Shown piece after piece: positions 1 to 9,565 of a stretch of 64,000 nucleotides of DNA. The stretch's first letter is position 1. The number at the start of each line of letters is the position of its first letter. The notes below the pieces were generated by a model. That model ran no database searches. It was not told the origin of the DNA and saw only the letters and a program-made list of their open reading frames with translations. The position numbers and the translations under genes are program-made. Source of the DNA: Meiothermus sp. (lineage in GTDB: Bacteria; Deinococcota; Deinococci; Deinococcales; Thermaceae); NCBI GenBank assembly GCA_033762915.1, contig JANRLD010000053.1:64001-128000 (forward strand), read 5' to 3'.

Positions 1-206
1 TCCCCATCGGCTTCGAGCTGCTGCCCGAGAGGTTCACCCTGCGCGAGTTGCAGGAGGTTCACGAGGCCATCCTGGGCCGGCGGGTCAACAAGGACTCCTT
101 CCGGCGCAAGATGCTGGCCTCGGGGCAGCTCCGGGCCACCGGCGAACTCGAGCAGGGCAAGGACTTCCGGCCGGCCGAGCTGTACCGGCGGGTCGCGGGT
201 GGTTGA
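1..206 (+). CDS. nrtR: NrtR-type NUDIX transcriptional regulator, C-terminal winged-helix part (5' end outside window)
   Basis: My translation from nt 3: PIGFELLPERFTLRELQEVHEAILGRRVNKDSFRRKMLASGQLRATGELEQGKDFRPAELYRR, TGA at 204-206. FTL.EL..V.E.ILG...D..FRRK and RPA.LY are typical of the NrtR wHTH. Confidence 0.8.
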   Translation, partial: PIGFELLPERFTLRELQEVHEAILGRRVNKDSFRRKMLASGQLRATGELEQGKDFRPAELYRRVAGG

Positions 207-1141
207 GCATGGACAGAGCGGAGCGCGTCAAAGGCGGGCTGGTCGGGCTCCTGGCGGGGGACGCCTTGGGGGTGCCCTATGAGTTTCACGGGCCAGAGGC
301 GTTGCCGCCATTGGAGCAGCTCGAGTTCACTCCGCCCGCTGGCTTTCGCCGCGCCCATGCGGGCGTTCCGACCGGCACCTGGTCGGACGACGGGGCACAG
401 GCCTTGGTGCTGCTGGCCTCCCTGTTGGACAAGGGCGGGCTTGACCTCGAGGACTTTGCAAGGCGGCTGGTGGCTTGGTATCAGCGCGGCTACATGGCCG
501 TGGACTTCAACGTGTTTGACGTGGGCATCCAGACCAGCCAGGCCATCCGAAATCTAACCAACGGATGTAAGCCGCTCGAGGCCGGCTCGAGGGAAGAGCG
601 GGCCAACGGCAACGGTTCCCTGATGCGCGTGCTGCCCCTGGCCCTGTGGCACCGGGGCCCAGACGCCGAACTGGTGGAGATGGCACGGTCGCAATCTCAA
701 GTCACCCACGGACACCTGCGCTCGCAGCTCTGCTGTGCGCTGTACTGCCTGTGGGCGCGGCAGGAGCTTCTGGGAAACCCCGAGGCTTGGGAGACAGCGA
801 TCCGGACCCTGCACAGCCTCTATCCTGGGAACTCGGCCGAGCGGATGGAACTCGAGTCCCACATCCGCCCCGATGCCGAAACCCAGGTTCGCGGCAGCGG
901 CTACGTGGTGGACTGTCTGCACTCGGCGCGGTGGGCGCTACGCAAAGGCAGCAGCTACGAGGAGGTAGTGAAGCTCGCGGTCTCGCTGGGCCACGACACC
1001 GACACCACCGCCTGCGTGGCGGGCGGCATCGCCGGAATTCGCTACGGCCTGGAGGGCATCCCCCATCGCTGGCTCGAGGGGTTGCGGGGGAAGGAGCTAT
1101 ACCAGGGGCTGCTCGAGCGGCTGATAGAATCCTCGAGATGA
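203..1141 (+). CDS. ADP-ribosylglycohydrolase (ARH/DraG family)
   Basis: Motifs GDALG, WSDD, GNGSLMR, TH and GHDTDTTA. Confidence 0.92.
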   Translation: MSMDRAERVKGGLVGLLAGDALGVPYEFHGPEALPPLEQLEFTPPAGFRRAHAGVPTGTWSDDGAQALVLLASLLDKGGLDLEDFARRLVAWYQRGYMAVDFNVFDVGIQTSQAIRNLTNGCKPLEAGSREERANGNGSLMRVLPLALWHRGPDAELVEMARSQSQVTHGHLRSQLCCALYCLWARQELLGNPEAWETAIRTLHSLYPGNSAERMELESHIRPDAETQVRGSGYVVDCLHSARWALRKGSSYEEVVKLAVSLGHDTDTTACVAGGIAGIRYGLEGIPHRWLEGLRGKELYQGLLERLIESSR

Positions 1142-1665
1142 CCCTCGGCCTCTATATCGGGCGCTTCCAGCCCTTCCACAACGCGCACCTGGGGATCGCG
1201 CTCGAGAGCCTTCGGCAGTGCGACAAGCTCCTCTTCGTCCTGGGCAGCGCCCAGCAGTCGCGCACCCGCAAGAACCCCTTCACGGTGGAGGAGCGCTCAA
1301 GCATGATCCGGGCCTCGCTCGAGGGCGCGGGCGTTTCCCCAGAGCGCATCCTCTTCGCGGGCATCGAGGATCACCCCGACGACGCAGTATGGTGCCAGCG
1401 GGTCAAGGCCGCCGCCGCGCGCTACAGCCCCAAACCCGTCCTCTTCGGGGCCGAGAAAGACGATAGCGCCTACTACCTGCGCATCTTCCCGGAGTGGGAG
1501 CTGCGAATTTTCCCGGTGCAAATCTCTATGTCAGCTACCGAGATTCGGCAGCGCTACTTCGCGGGCCAGGTCTTCGAGCACATGGTGCAGGGGGGAGCCT
1601 CGAGCTTCCTCCACCAGTTCGCCCAGACCGCCGATTTTGCAGCGCTGAAAGCTGTTCAGACGTAG
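1138..1665 (+). CDS. nadM: Nicotinamide-nucleotide adenylyltransferase (NadM-type, no fused NUDIX domain)
   Basis: ATG 1138 overlaps the ARH stop (ATGA). Motifs YIGRFQPFHNAH, GSAQ..RT.KNPFT..ER and SATEIR. Confidence 0.85.
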   Translation: MTLGLYIGRFQPFHNAHLGIALESLRQCDKLLFVLGSAQQSRTRKNPFTVEERSSMIRASLEGAGVSPERILFAGIEDHPDDAVWCQRVKAAAARYSPKPVLFGAEKDDSAYYLRIFPEWELRIFPVQISMSATEIRQRYFAGQVFEHMVQGGASSFLHQFAQTADFAALKAVQT

Positions 1666-2603
1666 GTCAGCCAGGACTCGTATTCTTTTGCCCGGCCAGT
1701 ACAAGCCTCGAGGTAGCGCGCCCGGATGGCCTGGGTCAGCTCGCCCGCCGTGCCGCTGCCGATGGGGCGGAAGTCGATCTCGCGCACCGGCGTGACCTCG
1801 GCGGCGGTGCCGGTCATGAAGACCTCGTCGGCGGCGTAGAGTTCCTCGCGGGTGGCCATGGTCTCGACGACCTCGAGGCCCATATCCCGGCAGACGGTCA
1901 TTACGCTATCGCGGGTAATGCCGGTCAGGTTGACGCTGCGGGCGATGACGTAGACCACCCCACCGCGCACAAAAAAGATGTTCTCACCGCTGCCCTCGGC
2001 CACGAAGCCGTTCTGATCCAGCAGCAGCGCCTCGTCGAAGCCGGCCGAGAGCGCGTCCATGCGGGCCAGCGCCGAGTTGACGTAGTTGCCCCCGGCCTTG
2101 GCCTTGCCGGGCATGGCCCCGGCAGGCAGCCGCACCCAAGCGCTGGTGAGCAGCCGCGCGCCCCGCTGCACCGCCTCCTCGCCCAAGTAGGCCCCCCACT
2201 CCCAGGCCGCCACCATCGCATGAACCGGGCAGGGCAGCGGGCTCACCCCCAGGCTGCCCGCCCCGCGCCAGACCAGCGTCCGCAGCACACAGGCCGGGAG
2301 GCGGTTGGCCCGCACCACCTCGAGGTGCGCCGCGCCCAGCGCCTCGGCAGAATACGGGATCTCCATCCGCATGATCCGCGCACTGTCGAAGAGCCGCCGG
2401 GTGTGGTCGTCGAGCCGGAAGATGGCCGGCCCCTTAGGGGTGGCGTAGGCCCGCAGCCCCTCGAAGACGCTGGTGCCGTAGTGCAGGGCGTGGCTGAGCA
2501 CGCTCACAGTGGCCTGCACCTGGGGCACCAGTTGCCCGTCCATCCAGATCAGTCCCGCCTGAATCTGCGCATCGCCGGTGGGGGTGGGTTGGGTTTGTTG
2601 CAT
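1656..2603 (-). CDS. ilvE: Branched-chain amino acid aminotransferase (PLP fold IV)
   Basis: Motifs LHYGTSVFEG, KAGGNYVNS, EGSGENIF, GITR and GTAAEVTP. Confidence 0.9.
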   Translation of the reverse strand: MQQTQPTPTGDAQIQAGLIWMDGQLVPQVQATVSVLSHALHYGTSVFEGLRAYATPKGPAIFRLDDHTRRLFDSARIMRMEIPYSAEALGAAHLEVVRANRLPACVLRTLVWRGAGSLGVSPLPCPVHAMVAAWEWGAYLGEEAVQRGARLLTSAWVRLPAGAMPGKAKAGGNYVNSALARMDALSAGFDEALLLDQNGFVAEGSGENIFFVRGGVVYVIARSVNLTGITRDSVMTVCRDMGLEVVETMATREELYAADEVFMTGTAAEVTPVREIDFRPIGSGTAGELTQAIRARYLEACTGRAKEYESWLTYV

Positions 2604-2607
2604 ATCC

Positions 2608-3597
2608 CTATCCTGCCACACCCTCGAGCACCCACTCCACCTCGGGGTGCATCGGCTTGATCTCCTGTAACAGCCCGTTCAGGCGCCCGATGGTCCCCAG
2701 GCCCTCCTCGAGCAAAGCCTGGCGGGTGGCCTCTATATCCGGGTAATGCCGCAGCGGGTGCTGCCAGACCGCCCGGCCCGCCAAGTAGCCGCGTGCGCCC
2801 GCGCTCAGGGCGGCCTCGAGCATCGCCACGAACTGGTTCGCATCCAGCCCGCCCGACAGCAGCAGCCAGGGGGCGGGGAGCTTGGTGTACTCGGCCATGT
2901 CGGCCTCGAGGTCGGCCAGCGAGTAGCCAGTCCCGCCGAACTCCTTCACCAGGGCCGCCGCGCCCGGGAAGGCCAGCTTGTAGATGTCCACGTGGAAGCT
3001 GGGGTCGGCAAAGGCGGCGGCGATCTCGAGCGACATCCCGCGCAGCTTGGCGTTGTACTCGGCCTCGCTCTCACCGGCAATGGGGTAGGGCAGCACCTCG
3101 AAGATGAACAGGCGGTCGGCCTTGCGGCACTCCTCCCCCACCCGGCGGACGAACTCGAGCTGGTGCTCGACGATCTCCTGTGGGGCGTCGGGGCGGTGCC
3201 AGGCCAGCAGCTTGAGTCCGTCCGCGCCCATCCGCACGGCCTGCTCCACGCTCCAGCCGGGGATGAGGGCGCTCTTGCGCCAGCCAGCAGCCACCGTCTC
3301 GAAGCGGTGGTGCTCGAGGGTCAGCATCAGGCCGGTCTCGCGGGGTAGGGCGGGCAGGGCGGCCGGGAAGGCGTAGTGCGGGTCGATCAGGATGCCGGTC
3401 ACCGCCCGGCTCAAGGTCTCGGACAGCAGCCCTTTGACTTCTCGAGCCTCCACCGCGACCGACTCCGGGTCACGCCCGGTGGCCTTGGCGATCAGGTTGA
3501 AGATCGGCGGGCGCTGGTCGATGGCCAGGGTTCCGAAACGCATGGAACCGTCGGAGATACGGGCATAGGCTCTAGCTTTGGCGGGGGTGGTTTGCAT
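2608..3597 (-). CDS. Class I aldolase of the LacD/YihT family; candidate sulfofructose-1-phosphate aldolase
   Basis: Motifs AIDQR, ILIDP, GADGLKLL, D.YK, PWLLLSGG and GYLAGRAVW. Family is secure; substrate is inferred from context. Confidence 0.8.
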   Translation of the reverse strand: MQTTPAKARAYARISDGSMRFGTLAIDQRPPIFNLIAKATGRDPESVAVEAREVKGLLSETLSRAVTGILIDPHYAFPAALPALPRETGLMLTLEHHRFETVAAGWRKSALIPGWSVEQAVRMGADGLKLLAWHRPDAPQEIVEHQLEFVRRVGEECRKADRLFIFEVLPYPIAGESEAEYNAKLRGMSLEIAAAFADPSFHVDIYKLAFPGAAALVKEFGGTGYSLADLEADMAEYTKLPAPWLLLSGGLDANQFVAMLEAALSAGARGYLAGRAVWQHPLRHYPDIEATRQALLEEGLGTIGRLNGLLQEIKPMHPEVEWVLEGVAG

Positions 3598-3706
3598 GCG
3601 TGTACCTCGGGGATTCGGGGATTGCGAAAGGCGAGGAAGGTGGAGGGTGGAAAGGGAAAAGTAAAGTCAGAGGCTCTAGGTTTTCCTTTCCTGTTTCCAC
3701 GTCTGT

Positions 3707-4171
3707 TTATAGTTCACCACGATTGCGGGCCTCGAGCAGCAGCTCGAGGGCCTTCTGATTCACCGGGCCCATGATGGCCGGCAGGCTGTCCAGGTCGAAA
3801 AAGCGCAGCTCTTTGGTCTCCTCGGCGTCGGGGGTGATCTCCTCGCCCTCGTAGCGGCCCAGAAAGATCGCGCTGACGTTGTACACCTCGTCGCCGTTGG
3901 GGTAGCGGTAGTAGAACTCCGCGCCGGAGAGCAAGCAGAACAGCTTAAGCTCGCCGACCTCGAGGCCGGCCTCCTCCATCAGCTCGCGCCGGGCGGTCTG
4001 CTCGAGGCTCTCGCCCAGTTCGCAGGCCCCGCCGGGGGTGGACCAGTCGTCGGAGTCGGTGCGGTGCTGCAGCAGCACCCGGCCCTGCCGGTCGAGCAGC
4101 AGCACGCCCGCCCCCACCATGAAGATCGGTCGCGAACCGACGGCCTTGCGCAGATCGGATAGGTAGCCCAT
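3707..4171 (-). CDS. NUDIX hydrolase (copy 3 of tandem triplet)
   Basis: Nudix box GGACELGESLEQTARRELMEEAG. Confidence 0.9.
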   Translation of the reverse strand: MGYLSDLRKAVGSRPIFMVGAGVLLLDRQGRVLLQHRTDSDDWSTPGGACELGESLEQTARRELMEEAGLEVGELKLFCLLSGAEFYYRYPNGDEVYNVSAIFLGRYEGEEITPDAEETKELRFFDLDSLPAIMGPVNQKALELLLEARNRGEL

Positions 4172-4633
4172 CTATAGTTCTCCCCGGAGGATTTTATCGC
4201 GCAGGCGTGGCAGGTGGGTCTGGTCGTTGACCGTGACGGGGGGCAGGTCGTCCAGGGTGAAGTAGCGCAGCTCGAGGGTCTCCTGGCCGTCCGCCTTGAG
4301 CTCTCCCCAAACCTCCCGGGTCACGAAGCGTGCCGAGACAAAGTAGACCTGGTCGCCGTTGGGGTAGGTGTAGAAGTAGTCCGCGCCGGAGGTGAGCGAG
4401 AAGAACTGCAAAGCGCCCGCCTCTAGGCCCGCCTCTTCCCTAAGCTCGCGCCGGGCGGCTTGCTCGAAGGACTCACCGGGCTCGAGGCCGCCCCCCGGAC
4501 AGCTCCACAGCCCGTTATCGCCCCGCCGCTGGAGCAGCACGCGGTTCTGGTGGTCGAGCACACATACACCAGCACCCACCGCGAACAGCGGGCGTTTGCC
4601 AACGACGGCACGAAGCTCCTCGATGTAGCCCAT
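4172..4633 (-). CDS. NUDIX hydrolase (copy 2 of tandem triplet)
   Basis: Nudix box GGGLEPGESFEQAARRELREEAG. Confidence 0.9.
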   Translation of the reverse strand: MGYIEELRAVVGKRPLFAVGAGVCVLDHQNRVLLQRRGDNGLWSCPGGGLEPGESFEQAARRELREEAGLEAGALQFFSLTSGADYFYTYPNGDQVYFVSARFVTREVWGELKADGQETLELRYFTLDDLPPVTVNDQTHLPRLRDKILRGEL

Positions 4634-5094
4634 TAGAGCTCTCCCCTGCTGCGGCGCTCGAGCAATAACGGTAAGACTTCCTTCACACCCCTCGAGTGAT
4701 CCGGGGGCGCATCAAGATCAAACCAACGCACATCCAAGGTTTCTTCGCCGTCCGCTCGCAGCATCCCAGTGATACCTCGCGCCAGGTAGACCGCCGTGAC
4801 GTTGTATGCCTCGTGACCGTTGGGATATTTGAAGTAGGTGTGCGCCCCCGAATCCACGTATAGGAGTTCGAACAGCTGCGCATCTACCCCCGCCTCTTCC
4901 CGCAATTCGCGCCGTGCAGTCTGCTCGAGATTGTCGCCGAGTTCCATCGAGCCTGCTGGGAACGACCACACCTCGAGGTCGGCCCGGTAAATCATCAGCA
5001 CTTGGCCCTGCTCGTTTATGGGAATCGCCATCGAACCCACCTGAATCAGCGGGCGCGAACCGACAGTTTGGCGAAGCTCGAGGACGTATCCCAT
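4633..5094 (-). CDS. NUDIX hydrolase (copy 1 of tandem triplet)
   Basis: Nudix box AGSMELGDNLEQTARRELREEAG. Confidence 0.9.
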   Translation of the reverse strand: MGYVLELRQTVGSRPLIQVGSMAIPINEQGQVLMIYRADLEVWSFPAGSMELGDNLEQTARRELREEAGVDAQLFELLYVDSGAHTYFKYPNGHEAYNVTAVYLARGITGMLRADGEETLDVRWFDLDAPPDHSRGVKEVLPLLLERRSRGEL

Positions 5095-5129
5095 GTGTTC
5101 CCACCTATAAGGGCGACAGGCCCGTCGCC

Positions 5130-6041
5130 CTACGATCCCAACAGCGTGTTCACCGCTTCGCGCCTGGGAGGTTCGCCGTCCCGCACGTGCAGCGCCGAGA
5201 CCGCCGCCGCGAAGCGCAGGGCCTCGACCTCGCCCTGCCCCTCGGCGATGGCCAGTGCGAAGGCCCCGTGGAAGACGTCGCCGGCGCCGGTGGAGTCGCG
5301 CACCACCACCCGGAAAGCTGGGAGGTGCCCCTCCGGGTGCCGCACCCCCTCGGCCCCCAGGGTGACGGCGGTCCAGGTCTGCACGCGGTCTTGCAGGGCC
5401 TCGAAGCTTCCCACCTGGGCCATCAGCTCCTCTGAGGCCACGATGTGGCTCGAGTGCGCTGCCAACTGCCAGGCCTCGAGGCGGTCGTGATCCAGGTCCA
5501 GCACCACCGGTATGCCCAGGGCTCTCGCAGCTTTCGCGATCAACAGCCCTGCCTCGGGCCAGCGGTGGTCGAGCAGGACGGCCTGGACGCCCTCCAGCAT
5601 CTCCCCGGCCTCCCAGTCCGGCGCGGTGGGCAGCTCGCCGCGATAGGGGAAGATGTAGCGCTCGCCATCCGGCCCGACCAAAACCCCGCTCACGGGCGTT
5701 CTGGCCCCGAGGGTGAAGTGGGCCTCGACGTTCTCGGATTTGAGCAGACGCTCGAGCTGCTCGCCGCTGGGGTCGGCCCCGCGTCTGGAGAGCAGCCTCA
5801 CCGCACCGCCCAGCCGCGCTACCGCCACTGCCGCCACCGTTGCCGGGCCGCCCAGGGTCTCGCGGTATGCGGTGGTGGGGGTGCGGCTGTGGGCGGGCGG
5901 AAAGTGCTCGACGTAAAACCGCTGATCGAGACAGGCCCAGCCGAGGGTCAGCACCCTGGCCCCACCCGCGCTGCCGCCTCCCTCCCCTGCTCGCGCTTCC
6001 GAGGGGGGGGTCTGCGGGGTGAGCGACCCGGGGCCTACCAT
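5130..6041 (-). CDS. PfkB/ribokinase-family kinase, YihV-like; candidate sulfofructose kinase
   Basis: Motifs GGPATVAAVAVARLG and DSTGAGDVFHGAF. The D-x-R-W segment (LLDHRW) matches my recollection of YihV (LADVRW). Confidence 0.8.
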   Translation of the reverse strand: MVGPGSLTPQTPPSEARAGEGGGSAGGARVLTLGWACLDQRFYVEHFPPAHSRTPTTAYRETLGGPATVAAVAVARLGGAVRLLSRRGADPSGEQLERLLKSENVEAHFTLGARTPVSGVLVGPDGERYIFPYRGELPTAPDWEAGEMLEGVQAVLLDHRWPEAGLLIAKAARALGIPVVLDLDHDRLEAWQLAAHSSHIVASEELMAQVGSFEALQDRVQTWTAVTLGAEGVRHPEGHLPAFRVVVRDSTGAGDVFHGAFALAIAEGQGEVEALRFAAAVSALHVRDGEPPRREAVNTLLGS

Positions 6042-7357
6042 ACCAACCGATGTTCCTCAGGGGCCGGCGGCAACACCTCGAGGCCCAGCCAGGTGCACAT
6101 CTCCAGCAGCGCCTCCTCGACCTGCCCCATCCCCAGCGCCATGTGGTGGGGGATGCGGTGGTTGAGCCAACTGGTCAGGAACTGCCGAGGGGTGAGGGGC
6201 TGGGCGGCCCAGCTCGAGCGCACCAGCCAGCTCGAGTCGCCGTCGTAGCCCTTCTCGCCGCTCAGTTGACCGCCGTGGACCACGGCCTTGCCGCCCTTGA
6301 GCAGCCGGAAGCCGCTCACCGCGCCCGCCTTCAGGGCCATGTCGCGCATGGCGGGCAGGTTGCGGTTGAAGTGCGGGATCAGCCGCGTCGGGCCGGCAGC
6401 CCAGGCCTTGGGCGCGTCGCCGCCGTGCCACAGCATCACGCCCTTGGGGCCGAAGTGCGAGATATCGAGGAGGATCGAGGGCTGACCCGTTACGGCTTGC
6501 AGCGCCAGCTGCCCGGCCAGCCCCATCACGTCGCCCTCAGGTGCGAAGGTGTGCCCCCGGTCGGCCAGCCGGGCCATCGCAGAGTAGGCCATCGCGCCGG
6601 TCCGGTCAGGGATCTCAGGCCACTCGCGGATGGCCACGCCGTCGTAGCCCTGGGCCAGCTTCTGGATGGCCAGCTCGAGCCTGAAGGTTTCACGGAGCTG
6701 CGCCGCCGGGTACTCCGAGAGCTCGGCGAAGCTCGCGGTCATCTCGTCTAACTCGGCATCGGTGACGGTCTGTAGCGCCTCGAACAGCTCGTCCATCTTG
6801 GCCCGCTCGACCGTCATTCCGGTCTGCGGGAAGGCGTCGAAGGCGAAGAACCCCGGCGCGTGACCGCCCAGCAGGAGCACTCGAGACTTTCGCAGGGCTC
6901 GAGCCCCGCGCAGGGCGGACAGGGTCAGGGCGAGGCGCGACAAAAACCAGGCGTCGTCCGCTGCTCCGTAGAACCATTTGGCGGGTTTCTCCAGCAGGGA
7001 GACCCCCAGGTTCAGCCCACAGACCGCGTTCTGCGGTAGCGGCCCGGTCTCCCAGACCTCGGGCAGCGCCCACAGCCCTACCGGGATGGGCAGTTGCAGC
7101 AGCGGCAGGAAGGCGTCGCCGGTGGCGAAGGTGACGTGCTGAACCAGCAGCAGGTCGAGGTCGGCGGCCTGCGCAGCCCGGGCGACAGCCTCGGCTTGCG
7201 CAGCATCCGCGACGGGCTCGGCGACGTAGGCCAGCTCGAAGCCGTGGGTCTTGCCCAGGGCCTCGAGAGCCTGCCTCGAGGTCTGCTCGAGGCCGAACCT
7301 CGAGCCGCGGAACAGCGAGCGGACGATGGGAACCAAGCCGATGCGGAGTGTGTTCAT
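6035..7357 (-). CDS. L-fucose/L-arabinose isomerase-family protein; candidate SqvD/SftI-type sulfoquinovose isomerase
   Basis: Motifs Q.VTFA.G, LWALPE...N..CG, AIREWPE, EGD, WHGG and PHH. Confidence 0.75.
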   Translation of the reverse strand: MNTLRIGLVPIVRSLFRGSRFGLEQTSRQALEALGKTHGFELAYVAEPVADAAQAEAVARAAQAADLDLLLVQHVTFATGDAFLPLLQLPIPVGLWALPEVWETGPLPQNAVCGLNLGVSLLEKPAKWFYGAADDAWFLSRLALTLSALRGARALRKSRVLLLGGHAPGFFAFDAFPQTGMTVERAKMDELFEALQTVTDAELDEMTASFAELSEYPAAQLRETFRLELAIQKLAQGYDGVAIREWPEIPDRTGAMAYSAMARLADRGHTFAPEGDVMGLAGQLALQAVTGQPSILLDISHFGPKGVMLWHGGDAPKAWAAGPTRLIPHFNRNLPAMRDMALKAGAVSGFRLLKGGKAVVHGGQLSGEKGYDGDSSWLVRSSWAAQPLTPRQFLTSWLNHRIPHHMALGMGQVEEALLEMCTWLGLEVLPPAPEEHRLVW

Positions 7358-7432
7358 AGGAGGATTGTCTAACCCACAGGCCAACCACGAGGGTTGGCCC
7401 TACGTTGCTAGTTGTTGCTTCGCTCTTCCCTC

Positions 7433-7573
7433 TACGTTGCGCCAGGGTAGAAGTGCGGAATCGGCGGAAGCGGCAAATTCGTGCCGGGGCGGAGTGGCGT
7501 GCGCCATAGCCGCGGAGCGGCTACCCGAGACGCAATTCCCTGCGGGAGCTGGCGGGCGAAATGTGGCGACTTA
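7433..7573 (+). repeat. MITE-like intergenic repeat, family A, copy 1
   Basis: TACGTTGCGCCAGGGTAGAAGTGCGGAATCGGCGGA...GGGAGCTGGCGGGCGAAA...GACTTA; aligns with 19849-20020, 24331-24429 and 51185-51318. Confidence 0.8.
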
Positions 7574-8410
7574 GCCCTTCACCCCGCCCGAGGTCAGCCC
7601 GCCCACCACCCGCTCCTGGAAAATGGCGATCACCAGGGCCACCGGCACCAGCGCGATGATCAGCGCGGCGGAGATCAGGGGCCAGGGGAAGCTGTACTCG
7701 CCCTGCAGGAAGTTGATCCCCACCGGCAGGGTGCGCATGGCCTGCGAGGGCATCAGGGTCAGGGCCAGCAGGAATTCGTCCCAGCTGTTCACAAAAGCCA
7801 GGATGCTGGCGGTGAAGACCCCTGGCGCGGCCAGCGGCACCACGATGCGCCACAAGGCGCCCAAGCGGGAGCAGCCGTCCACCATCGCGGCCGACTCGAG
7901 GTCCTTGGGAATCCCCTGAAAAAAGCTCACCAGCACCAGCGTCGCCACGGGAATCGAGAGCGCCGCGTGCGGCAGGATCAGCGCGATGTAGGTGTTGCGC
8001 AGCCCCAGCGCCAGCACCGTCTCGAACAGCGGCACGATCAGGGTCACGGTGGGGAACATCGAGACGCCCACCAGCAGCGAGAAGATCAGGGTCTTGTTGG
8101 GCAGCCGCAGCCGGGCCAGCGCGTAGGCCGCCAGCGCCGAGACGAACACGCACAGCAGCGTAGCCCCCACCGCCACCACCACACTGTTGAAGAAGTAGCG
8201 CCCAATCGGCGCGTTGGTGAAGGCCTGGACGTAGTTCTGCACCGTTGGGGCGGCAGGCCACCAGGTGATGGGGATACGGTTCAGCTCGCCCTCGGTCTTA
8301 AACGAGGTCAGCAGGATCCACACCGCCGGGAAGAAGCCGTTCACCACCACGATACCAGCAGCCACCCAGAGCCAGATGCGGGGATTCTTGAATGGGTTTA
8401 GGCTAGTCAT
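7571..8410 (-). CDS. Carbohydrate ABC transporter permease (MalG-like)
   Basis: EAA loop IPKDLESAAMVDG; multiple hydrophobic segments. Confidence 0.92.
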   Translation of the reverse strand: MTSLNPFKNPRIWLWVAAGIVVVNGFFPAVWILLTSFKTEGELNRIPITWWPAAPTVQNYVQAFTNAPIGRYFFNSVVVAVGATLLCVFVSALAAYALARLRLPNKTLIFSLLVGVSMFPTVTLIVPLFETVLALGLRNTYIALILPHAALSIPVATLVLVSFFQGIPKDLESAAMVDGCSRLGALWRIVVPLAAPGVFTASILAFVNSWDEFLLALTLMPSQAMRTLPVGINFLQGEYSFPWPLISAALIIALVPVALVIAIFQERVVGGLTSGGVKG

Positions 8411-9314
8411 CCGCCCCCCTCACATAGCGCAGATACACCAGCGTCACCACGAAGCTGATCAGGAACATCAGCACCGCCAGGGCCGAGCCGTAGCCGAAGT
8501 TGAGGTTCTCGATGCTCATGGTGCGAACGTACATGGCCAGGGTCTCGAAGGCGTTGCCGCCGTTCTGCATGGCGAAGGGGATATCGAAGGTCTGGAAGGC
8601 GGTGATGGTGCGGAAGATCGCGGCCACCAGGATGGCCGGCATCAGCAGCGGCAGGGTGATGCGCCAGAAGCTCTGCCAGCCGGTGGCCCCGTCCACCGCC
8701 GCCGACTCGTACAGCTCCTTGGGAATGACCTGCAAGCCGGCCAACAGGATCAGGGCCACGAACGAGCTGGACTTCCAGATGATGCTGAAACAGACCGCCC
8801 AGAACAGCAGGTCGGGGGTGGTGATCCACAAAAGCCGCTCCCCGCCCAGCCGCATGATCACGTCGTTGACCACGCCGTACTGGCTGTCGAAGAACCAGCG
8901 GAAGATCAGCCCCGCGAAGACCAGCGGCAGCGCCCACGGCAGCAGCAGCCCCAGCCGCACCGGCCAGCGCACCCGGAACGGCAGGTTGGCCAGCAGGGCC
9001 AGCCCGAGCCCCACCAACAGCGCCCCCGGCACCGTCACTGCCACGATCAGCAGGGTGTTCCACAGGGAGGTCCAGAATCGGTCGTCGGAGAAGGCCTGGA
9101 CAAAGTTGTCGAATCCGATGAACACCGGCTCCACGCCGGTCTGGTCGGTCAGGCGACGCTGGAAAAGGCTGGTATAGATCAGCCGCGCCACCGGGTACAG
9201 CGCCACCGCCCCCAGCAGCAGCGCCGCCGGGACCAGCAGCCAAAAGGCCAGCGCCCGCTCGCTCAGATCACCGAAGCTGCGGCGGTATGGGGTGGGTGGG
9301 GTTTTGATGGCCAT
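8403..9314 (-). CDS. Carbohydrate ABC transporter permease (MalF-like)
   Basis: LAGLQVIPKELYESAAVDGA. Confidence 0.92.
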   Translation of the reverse strand: MAIKTPPTPYRRSFGDLSERALAFWLLVPAALLLGAVALYPVARLIYTSLFQRRLTDQTGVEPVFIGFDNFVQAFSDDRFWTSLWNTLLIVAVTVPGALLVGLGLALLANLPFRVRWPVRLGLLLPWALPLVFAGLIFRWFFDSQYGVVNDVIMRLGGERLLWITTPDLLFWAVCFSIIWKSSSFVALILLAGLQVIPKELYESAAVDGATGWQSFWRITLPLLMPAILVAAIFRTITAFQTFDIPFAMQNGGNAFETLAMYVRTMSIENLNFGYGSALAVLMFLISFVVTLVYLRYVRGADD

Positions 9315-9405
9315 AGGGGTTGAGGATGAGCGGTTGAAGACACGCGGATGGACAGGTCATGTTGCCCGGCACGGCGCTGTGACGGCCGCAAAAACACCTG
9401 ACAAG

Positions 9406-9565
9406 AACCGTCGTCATCCTCGGCGGCCGGTCAAGGCCCGAAAGGCGCGGCCACGCAGTCCGCGTTGCGCACAGGAAGGTCGGCGCCAACATCAAGGGGC
9501 CACACTGACGCCCTGTGGGGATCCCTCGAGGGCAACCACCGGCCCCCTCAGCATGACGACGGCTT
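9406..9565. repeat. REP-like palindromic element between the SBP and permease genes
   Basis: Terminal inverted repeat CCGTCGTCAT (9408-9417) / ATGACGACGG (9553-9562) with an internal GGGGATCCC. Confidence 0.55.

Noticed and set aside
646..1137. N-terminal extension of the 646-1665 ORF
   Set aside because: It overlaps the ARH gene; the NadM motifs begin at ATG 1138.
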